A DNA stretch of 64,000 nt from Takakia lepidozioides (taxonomy: Eukaryota > Plantae > Bryophyta): NCBI GenBank assembly GCA_030704615.1, contig CM060731.1, positions 77,128,001 through 77,192,000 of the forward strand. The letters run 5' to 3'. The notes under the pieces were generated by a model that was given only the letters and a program-made list of their open reading frames with translations, searched no databases and was not told the DNA's origin. The translations under genes were made by a program, and so were the position numbers. Shown here one piece after another: positions 36,459-46,600 of the stretch. The number at the start of each line of letters is the position of its first letter. The stretch's first letter is position 1.

Positions 36459-37072
36459 TTACTCCGCAAACCAGTCAATGCAAGTCCAGTCATACTCTGG
36501 CACATCAACTTCATGCACTTTGGATTTCATTTTCCATGATGAAAGTTGCACATTCCACTGGGACGTACGGACGACATGGTGGAAGTGATCTGTCTCCCAG
36601 TTCTCCAAGAAGACCCGCAGGAGTATGCTGGAGCTGTTCAGTTCCCCCCCACCTGATGCGAAGTGAACGGACATGGTGTCCCCATTTACCGTCATGCAAA
36701 GGTCACCTGGACCACTCATAAGGCAGGTATGGGAGATAGTCCTTCTCAACAACCGATAAATTGGGTTGGGGACGGGGTCTACCAATTTCTTGACATCCCA
36801 TGAACCCTCCACCCATTGGAAAATTGTCAGAAGATGGAAACTTTCTTGCTCTTTGTCTGGGTCCATGCCTAGACTCCAAGGACCCCACTCCTCATTTGGG
36901 TCCTCAAGGAACCTAGAACGCAAAACCAGAGTGTTGGACATCATGGCATCCCCTGCATTGTTTGGGTCATAAAATCCGCACCATGCCAACCTGCCAACAA
37001 ACTCAAAAGCTCTCACAAGAATATCACCTCGCATGGGTTTGGAATTGTCGATGCAGTGGACATGTCTTACAT
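36459..37072 (-). CDS. Unknown Trp-rich cargo protein, 3' part (5' part at 33845-33946 on + strand, separated by the inversion)
   Basis: ~205 open codons with protein-like composition; joins MPTSASS...PFVARH to VRHVHCIDNSKP when the inversion is undone. Confidence 0.55.
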
Positions 37073-38824
37073 GACACATGCACACAAATCTGCATCTTTG
37101 ATCTTAGACACAACATTCTTTTGCCATGCTCTCCTCACATGCCAAAGGCATAGCAGACTGCCCCCACACGGCCCTAACATAGAAAGACATGTGAGAACAT
37201 TATAATGTGGAGAAGTGCAGAAAACCTCGGAATTTCAAAGAGGTGTGAATTGGCAATCACCTGATTGCTTTTATTTCAGCATCTGCGTCATCAACAATGA
37301 AAGCATGTGGGCACCATCCTGCCTGGTCACCCCGAAGCTTCCCGTTCAGTGCAAACATCCATGGCTCCAAATCGATTGCCTTTGATCTCGCTGTGATGAT
37401 GAATGCAACTGGGATTCCATTCAACCACTGGTTGAATACCATCATGGTGTATAGCGGGTACTACATAAACAGCAGTCAATGTACAACAATTCAGGCAAGT
37501 TTGAATGGAGAAAGATGTGAGGAGGACCTTTGTACGATGTGGGGATGCAGTATGGCAAGTACACCCTAAACCTGGCTTCAACGATTGTAATGAAGAAAAA
37601 ACAGAGATCACACCTTCTTCTCATTGGTTCCGAAGGTGGCGTCGCAAGCGACAATTCTACGATGGCCAAATTTCAACATTTGATCTCGCTGCCACACTGT
37701 TTGTATGCCAAGAACAAATGGAAGATCAAGCTTGATGTCACTGGATGTCCAAGCCTTGTGGTTTTTTTCTTCTTGGTAGTAGAAAACACTGGCCATATTT
37801 TCATGCACCCACATGCGGACACTCTGGGCATCATTTGGGTGTTTTCTGAATGTCTCTTCATCGCATAACATCGCAATATTGCGTATGTTTTGGGAGAGGA
37901 GAAAAGTGTCACGGTTGACGTCCAACCCTTGCTCCATCAACTCCTTCACTCGCATGGTGTGCTTGGCCATTATCTTGTTTATGCTCAGCCCAAGACGCAA
38001 ATTGTGCAAAATCCATGACTTCATGTCATCACTAAGATGGGGAGCCATTGTACTTCGGTTCAACTGACATGAAGGTCCGTGGCATATCTCACCTCTTCCA
38101 TTTACATGTTGTTTCTCATGATAAACTATCTCTGCCATAGCAGGGTCCATGTAGCATTGTTTGACAACAAATCGGCACATGCAACCTCTTTTCATGCCTT
38201 CTCCTGTTTTGTTGTTTGTAGTCCTTACTTGTTTTGGTTTTTGTCCTTTGGATTCCGGCCTTACTCTAGGCTTCCTCCCCCTTTTCTTGGCTGGACCTGC
38301 ATACCATTTTTTGGCATGCATAGCATCTGTTACCTCCACAATGTTTTGGGTATTGTCTTGTGGGCCATAGGCGCAGTGATACCTAAGCAAAAAACATGAG
38401 TGGCCTTTTAGAACCGCTCCTATGAAAAGCAGAAGTGCATGGCTAGTGGGATTGGACACAACCTATATAGTGGGCAACATTCATTTCATTTTTCATGAAT
38501 CATGAATTCATACCTTGTAATGTTCATGGCACTGTTGATGCGTGGTGCCCGAAGACTCCCAGCAGGGGTGCCCTTCTGTCGATGACTTCGGAAGGTGCAT
38601 GGGGCCTCCTTCAGGGAGGACTCACCAGCAATGAAGTCGACCACCCGATTCCAAGGGATATATGCAATTTCAGCTGTGTTCTGATCAAGTGTCTGTCCAT
38701 GCCATTGGGACCTCCATTGCACGTCATGGTGTGTGAAAGTACTTGTCTTTGGTGTTTGTAGCAGACTTTGCAATTTACAAAGAAGGTGGGGCAAAATTTT
38801 GCCATCTTCAACCACTTCAGCCAT
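37073..38824 (-). pseudogene. N-terminal half of the MULE/SWIM transposase, 4 exons
   Basis: IAYIPWNRVVDF, RYHCAYGPQD, KRGCMCRF, APHLS, HPNDAQSVRMWV, FVLGIQTVWQ, ACDATFGTN (D1), YPLYTIMVF, FIVDDADAE (D2), CLWHVRRAW (CxxH). Exons ~38824-38513, 38383-37614, 37459-37262, 37175-37073. Confidence 0.9.
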
Positions 38825-39682
38825 GCTTACACAAACAAGATCCTTCTGAGTTTGTTGTTGTCTTCTTTCGCTGCCCTATCTTGCCACAAACGTCGTACTC
38901 TTTTATTCTGCTGGCAGATTATGGCATGTATAGCTGGTATATTTATGCATCAGTGGCCTGCAGAGTCCAGCCCATCACGCGGACAAACGCGGATACCCTC
39001 ATCCATATTCTGGAGTCGGAGTTCCAAGGGAACAATGTGCTTCCATCTCTCCAAAGGAACCTTGCTTTCTCCCCTCCCCCCTTATTACTCTGCTTTTCAA
39101 GCAAATTGCACCCTATGAAAGCACCAACTTCTTTATGTGGGCCAAACATGCACACAATTGCAATTTACTATGGCATGCTTCATGAACAACTGGTGCAAGA
39201 TACAACAACAATTCGATTTAGAATGTGAATGCAGAGTGCCAGGGTAGAGACGCGTTTCAGAAGCATGGAGAGAACGGAAATGCACGATGAGGGTAGCAAA
39301 ACCCTCGATTGGGGTGGCAGTGTATGTGACCACGTGGCGTATATCTGAACGTCCATTCGTTTCCTCAGATTTGCCATTTGAAATTTGAATTCCTGTCAGA
39401 ATGATTTTGAAACAGGGCATAATGTATGCTTAGGATACCATGTATGCTTGGGATAGCATGTACTATGGGGGATGGACGACGATGGCATGCCCAGGATGGG
39501 AGGCGGGTGAGGACACGTCTCATGTCCCCGCAGCGGGCACATGAGGCGCGAGGCGCGGGGAAGCGTGCCACGCGGTGTGCGGGCTACGGAGGCAGGGGTG
39601 GGCATGGGGTGGCGGGGGGTCCACGCTGGCTGAACCGGCTCCCTCGCATTCAACTCCAGGGCCCATCTAATGCTTGGCTCTA

Positions 39683-39834
39683 AAATGACTCAGCCGCTGC
39701 CCTGTCCCATGTGTGCATTGTTCATCCTATCGGTATCATGGCCCATAAATGAAAGGGAGTTCATTTTTTTCCCTCCTCAAGGGCCTGAATTGTGGGCTGT
39801 CGCTCCCAGGTTTCGTTTATTTAAAAAAGAAAAG
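39683..39834 (+). mobile_element. 5'-truncated SINE copy
   Basis: Shares 3' block tgaaagggag...ccctcctcaagggcctgaattgtg.gc.gtcgctcccagg plus A-tail with the neighbouring SINE. Confidence 0.7.
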
Positions 39835-39884
39835 ATTAGAGTAGCCAAGTCCGGTCAGTCCTCTTTCTCTTTAAGAAATGCACA

Positions 39885-40136
39885 TCAGCTGGTAGCTCAG
39901 CTGGTAAGTGCACAGTGTGTCGCCCTGGTGGTTCGGGGTTCAAACCCGCTGCCCTGCCTGGTGTGTGGATTGCTCGTGACCGGTTGGTCTGGTGGTGACG
40001 TTTCCCACCTGTGTGCCTAATAGCTTCTCTGAAAGGGGGTTAATTTTTCCCCCTCCTCAAGGGCCTGAATTGTGAGCAGTCGCTCCCAGGTATCCTTTAA
40101 AAAAAATAAAAAACAAAAAAAACAAAAAAAAACAAA
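39885..40136 (+). mobile_element. Full-length tRNA-derived SINE
   Basis: A box tagctcagctggt, B box ggttcaaaccc, non-tRNA body, shared 3' block and long poly(A). Confidence 0.85.
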
Positions 40137-40603
40137 GAGATGAAATTAAAGACATTACCACAACCATTCTTTTTGTTCATTAAGAGAGAATCAACTCATA
40201 GGAATAACTGTTCATTACCACTGTCCCATACAGCATACGTGCCAAGTACCATTAAATGTCATGAGAAAAAAAATTATTTGTTAAAAAAAAAGGAAAAATT
40301 AATTAAAAAAGAATAAAAACTTAATATGCTTCGTGGTTTACTAGTCGAGTATATAACTTTTACCTTAAGTGATTACGTTATATATATCCTTAGAAATAAT
40401 CGCAAGGAAAAGTGGCCTGTAATGATTCTAGGTACTCATCAAAAAGACATTGGGGTCTGGGGGACTGGCCTAGCATTTTAAGAGCCCAAACCAGAAAACA
40501 TTTAAGCAACAGGCTTATAAATCGGAAGTACGTTGCAGCCTGGAAGCTTTGTTTGAGTACATCTACAGCTGGTTTGTGTAAAATTTCATAGAAAGAGCCG
40601 GTT

Positions 40604-43600
40604 TTACAAAGTGCAAACGCTTAGTGCCTCTTCCACAAGTTCCAGGCAGCGGTGAAGCACACTTTGTAAACTGTCAATGGCAAGACTCATGTCTGCAGCC
40701 ATCTCATCCCCTTCTACTACTATTCCTAAATGGACTCCTGCCACAAGCTCACGCAAGGGGAGCAGCCAATGACTGCGCATCTTCTGTAGGGTTGCCTTGG
40801 ACAACACCCCTGTGTAATTGGACTTACCTGGCATCCCACATACAAACACCAAACGGCATTCCAGGGATAAATCATGTGTCATTATAATAGAAACCCACAT
40901 TGGCCCAGAATCTGATTACTAGATGAAAAATGGAGAGTAACACGAGGGTCTGGGGAGGGAAGGTGTGCACCATGCTGAAAAATGCTTACCTACAAATCAG
41001 TTATGCATCCCCATTTCCCTGCAGTTAATCAAGCAGCAAAAAAACTCATCCATATCCTGAAAAGGACCGTGTACCTGACATTTCTCTGATGAGGAGGAAA
41101 CGATAAAGATTGAGAGCACCTTGCACCTGGCCCCCATACCAAATTGTCGGTCACCATTACTTAGGTGTTCTAAATTACTGTAGCGAGTACATGATATGTG
41201 TTTGAAAGCCCTTACCCAAGAGCTTATGAGGACAGTAACGGAAAAGAATAAAAGACACTAATTAAAATGTCCAAATGTACTCATGTCGTTCCCTGTGAAT
41301 GTTGGCTTGCCAGAGCCTTACGGCCATTGACCCAGCGGGAAACCAACCCTCCCTGGAGCCTTTTGTGGGGTTTGTACCCCAGGGTTTAGCTTATCAGCAG
41401 CTCAGCTGCAGGTATGAACTTGTTTTCCTGCAACTCTCATCGAGGCACTCGCAGAGGCACTTGTCCACATGCAAACTCGACAGCATGGTGCAGAGAGAAT
41501 GTACTCATAAGATGTTGTTTGCCGTAGCCTTGTAGCCATTGACCCCGCGCTCAGTTTGAGCGGAACACAAAGATACAGAAACTACGTTTGTCAGGGGCTG
41601 ATGCCGGTAGGATGAGTTACCTTGGAACAGACAATTAATCCGAGTTTTCCAGATATCCTCTAGAAATCCCTTCACACAAGCATCAATCTGCTGTGTGTGG
41701 TTTGCCCAATAAATAGGCCCCAAAAGGGCCTGGGCTTTTGGCTCAACCTCAAGACCTTCAAAGTTGGAAAACAGAGGTTCAGGCACAATTCCCTTGATGC
41801 CTTACGGCCATTGACCCCGCAGGAACGTAACCCTCCTGGAGCCTTTTGTGGGGTTTGTACCCACCATGGTTTAGCTTATCCCTGCAGCTCAGCTGCAGGT
41901 ATAAACTTGTTTTCCTGCAACTGTCATTAAGGCACTCGCAGAGGCACTTGTCCACATGCAAACTCGACAGCCTGGTGCAGAGAGAATGTGTTTGACGTAG
42001 CCTTGGGGGAAGGAGAGGGAATGTACTCGTGCAGTTCCCTCCAAACGTTGGCTTGTCAAGGCCTTACAGCCATTGACCCCGTGGGAGACTAACCCAGTGG
42101 GGTTTGCGGTTTGTGGGCCAAGGGAGAGAGAGAAGACAAACAAATGGCTGAAAATTTAGACGTCCATTGGGGGCCTTGAGGATCCATAGGACAAAGTAGA
42201 ACAACAAGAAACAACATCAAACCATGCCTGACAAGAGAGAGAGGAAGAGAAAGAGAGATTACTGAGTCTATTTGGGATGGCAGTTGAGGAGGTTCGCCTC
42301 CTGCAGGCCGAAGCACACTGCCAATCACTTCTAGCACTTCACCACTAACAAAAGGCGACCTGGCGGCTCCAGATTGGCACACATCTGCTGAAAAATCAGA
42401 GTGTGGCTGAGGTTGATCTTGTGCAACACAAATATCTCCAAATATTCCATCAACACTGGGCGGTCCTTTGACGGCTCGCTCTTTCTTCTTTGGCCAAGCT
42501 CTTGCCACCTCATCTTTGACACAATTTAACAACAGTGAAACCTGCCACCAAAATATTGTTATCGAGACAGAAGCTAGAACGCTTGACTCTCATCTAGAGA
42601 TCTATGGTGTCCTTCAGGTATCTTATCAAGATATTCTAACAACAAAGGTTCTGTCAGTATGAGAAAGAGTCACGAATCCCTCTTGCCTGAATAAATTAAA
42701 AGCAAAAACCCTGCTGTGGTAAATGACCATTAAAGAGACTATTAAAAAAATTACCTCAAAAGTAGATGCTGGAAATTGTAAACACAGGTAGGTCAGGGTT
42801 GCCCCAGTCCCTTCTTCAACATGAGCTAACAAAGCTCCTAATAAAGAGAACCTAACGAGGAAAAACACCTGGAGGAAAGGAAGCAAAAGAGAAGTAAGCA
42901 AAGCGGGGATGGGATTAGTATACCAGGGATGGATAAGGACAACTTCTAATGAGATTGTCCAAACTGTGAAACCTGGTCGACACCGGAAGTGCTTGTTTGA
43001 TTACCTGCATTTTTAGTCCCAAGTTCAGTACAGTTAGCAAACACCACATACAACTGATCCCCAAAATATTGTAAGACACATGACTGAACTGCAAACAATA
43101 ACATAGATACCATCAGGATTGGCCAGACAATAAACTTTCGGCCTTCCCTGTGCACACTAACTGTATGCTTATGGATAAAAACTCTTTGAGAGCTAGTTGT
43201 GGATGCAAATGTGGTGCAAAGCATGCACAGGTAGAACCCATATGACCTGTGAAAATCTACTACAACAGAGAGAAATCAAATTTAAGCCAACAGCCCTTGT
43301 AGATTCTCACTTTTGTAAGGGAAGTATATCCTTGTAGGCGAAGTATCGGGTTGGGTGCATGGACAATGACTTCCTGAAGTGCCTGCCATCCCCAGGCCAT
43401 TCTATGAGTACAGTTGTTTTTCCTATAACTGCTCGATTCATCGTGTAAATATCCAAAAATTGCACAGACCAACAAGACTAGGAACGTACTTTGACACTTC
43501 AGCAAAACTCACAATCACGAAAATAGAACACATTATATAGTTTCCCAAAACATATGCAGGATTGGTTTCACAAAACATCCAGATGTGTTGAGGAAAACTG

Positions 43601-46600
43601 CACCAGCCATATTGTTTAAGCTTTTCCATTTGCCTATGAAAGATGAGTCAGAGACTGCTGCAAGGTCCCTGGATACAGCAACAATTCCTTACTAGGAACC
43701 TGCCTCTATCTGTAGCTGTAGACCTGAGATTGGCTTTCATTATCAACACTTAGATAAACAAGAAATATGTCAACATTCACCAATAATGATTAGATGATTT
43801 GATGTGCATAATCTAAAGAGCTGCAGCAGAGTCAGTGAGATAAGCCTACAAAACATACGTACAGTATTTGCAATAGTACCTGGAGAACAGGAAAGATATG
43901 CAGAGTCAAGGTGGGCCAATCATCTTCCTCATCATCATCACCTGAAACCTCAAGGATTGAATGAACAAGGGCCACACCTTTCTGCAGCACTGTCCAGGAA
44001 GGTTCTGATGGGGATAGGGCAAGTAAAGATCTACCCATGCATAGAGCATCAATCACTCCTTTACTGCCTGACATCTTCAACTTGTCTTTCAGTGATTCAA
44101 TGGATTCCCCGGCCGCTGCAGCCACTTCAGGCTTGGAGAGTCCCCAGTACACTGTTCTGGCCCCCAAGCAAAATGGCAGCCACATATTTGAGCACACTAA
44201 CCAGATGGGTCCATGCTGAATTTCATGAGGCTCTCCAGTGAGATCCATGCGTCGTGAGGCTCTACCCAAATTAGTGCATACATCCGGCCAGTCAATGGAA
44301 CTTGTGACACAGTGAGTACAAAAAAAGTCAGGACACGCGACCCAACTTAACAACAGGATGAGAGGTCTCCACAATTCAGCAGATCCAAAACATATACATA
44401 AACTCAACCTCAACTGTCTGACCTGCAAGAGCTGCTCCTTTCCTGATCTGTGACTTTCTATGGGAATCATCCTCTGCAAGAGTACCCACGACCTGTGTTT
44501 AATCAATGATAGCTTCATATCAACAGTCCCCTTCCTTCTTTCTCCGTCCCTCCCTTCCGTCTACAAGGCCACAAGGCTACGGCAAACAACGTCTTACGAG
44601 TACGCTCTCTCTCTCTCTCTTGCCAAAAGCCAAAAGCCCAGGCCCTTTGGGATCTAGGGGATCTAGTTATTGGGCACATCACACACAGCAAATTGATGTT
44701 TGTGTGAAGGGATTTCTAGAGGTTTGGAAAACTCGGCTCAATTGTCTGATTCAATTTAAGTCATACTACCGGCGTCAACCCCTGACAAAGGTAGTTTCTG
44801 TCCCTTTGTGTTCCGCTCAAACTGGGTGTGGGGTCAATGGCCACAAGGCTGCGGCAAACAACATCTAAGGAGTAGATTCTCTCTCTCGCGCAGGGAATGG
44901 CATGAGTACATTCTCTCTCTCTCTCCTAAACTCTGGGCGCAGGGTCAACGGCAACAAGGCTATAGCAAATCTTATGAGTACATTCTCCTAAACTCTGGTG
45001 GGTGCAAACCCCTCAAAAGGCTCCAGGAGGGTTAGCTTCCCGCGGGGTCAATGGCCATAAGGCTATGGCAAGCCAATGTTCGCAGGAACGGCACAAGTAC
45101 TTTTCCTCTCCTCTCTCTCTTTGCCACCAAGGTCAGGTAGAGGGTGCCCTCTGTATTCAAAAACACTCCAGCCATTGAGTTTATGACCTTTGTCTCAAAG
45201 AGGGCAGCCACCTACACGTATCATACACGTAAGAAAAGACTACATACATCAATTTGACATCTTTCATTGGTCTGAACGAAATTGGCAAAGTACGATCAAG
45301 TCTCCACCGTTAACCCCGGCCTAATCAGGTTCATTAAAAAAGCTAATTGACTGCACATCGCAGTTTCACTCACCATCAACGGTGGACTCCATCAGGGCCT
45401 CAACTGGATTGCATGTGAGCAACAAACACAGGGAGATACTACAAAACGGCAACAGTTCTGTGATTTGCACCACCACTGCTAGAGCTTCTGACGATGAACT
45501 CTCCAACTCAAGGCCTCCCCCTACTATTGCCTGTACCCATGTCATCCCAATACCCATATCCATCACCACATTTTAAAACAGTTGGGGTACTACTGGGCAG
45601 AAAAGCTTCTATTTGATTAAAGCATAAGAGACTGGGAAATTCCTACAGAATGTCACGGACCAGGTTAGTAGGCCTAGGTTAGTGGCTCAGCAAGGCTGGA
45701 AATAGAAAGTCATATCAGAAGAGGAAGAGAGTTATGACTAAGCAAGGGAAGGGGAACAGTCAGAATGGCAAAGGCCAAAGGTTAGGCCTTAGGTACAAAG
45801 TCAAGGAATACCAAGGGTAATCTCAGAGCAAGGGGGGAAATCCTCTGGGAGTATTTAGGAGGACCTGATGTGAGACTCTGGTGGAGACACAGGCCTGTCC
45901 TTGAAGAGCATTGCTGAGAACATAGTAGAAGATAGGACTTAGAGAATACTCCCTAGCAAGTGGCAAGTAGAGGATTCTAGGTTGGGTGGTTATCTTGCTC
46001 ATACGCTGTTAGTATAGAGACTGGTTTACCAAGATATGACAGGACTGTGACATTTGACATCACAGCGTGAGGGAAAGGGATTGGTTTGCATTAGTGGAAG
46101 TTAGAGCCTGTTAGGATGAACAGAAATCGGACCTGAATTCAACCAGCCCCCACCAGTGTTGTTTCAACAATTTCATCATGAAGTGCAACAAGTGCATCAT
46201 GAATTTGGGAAGGTTTATGCTGAGACTCAGCGGATCAATCAGGTTATAGAGCTGGAAAGACAGACTGGCCAGGTAGGACAGGTTGCTCATCGGCCATCAA
46301 ATAGATAGATGATGGCGCTTGAAATCTTGGCTTCATCAAGCTTAATTCCACACAAGAGTAAGTATTGCTCAAATTTACAGCCATTACTCTCCCGCATCCA
46401 CAGTACGGACTGACTCTGCGCCCGTATACTTAGGTGGACTATAAGCTTAGGAAGGTCGGAACATCCAAGCTTGAAAGTCCTTAAGACAGGGTGCATTCAG
46501 TGTTCGAACTTATGCCGATAAGTATCAAGAGCAGACTTTGAAATTGCCTCGAGAATCTGTTACCGATGCAATTCAGGTTACCTTCATTGTCCTTAGGTGT

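Larger units (their letters stand above)
27530..39680 (-). mobile_element. Large decayed cargo-carrying MULE-like DNA transposon
   Basis: Contains a DDE/CxxH/SWIM transposase, extra ORFs and repeat arrays; GC-rich subterminal region and putative terminus ...atgcttggctc|taa at 39680; left end not found. Confidence 0.7.

Noticed and set aside
18530-39680. One giant Pack-MULE including the desulfurase, PPR and KEA fragments
   Set aside because: No matching left terminus or TSD found; CRE and MITE-like insertions obscure the boundary.
39885-39960. tRNA gene
   Set aside because: A and B boxes are present but there is no convincing acceptor or anticodon stem, and it continues into a shared SINE body and poly(A).
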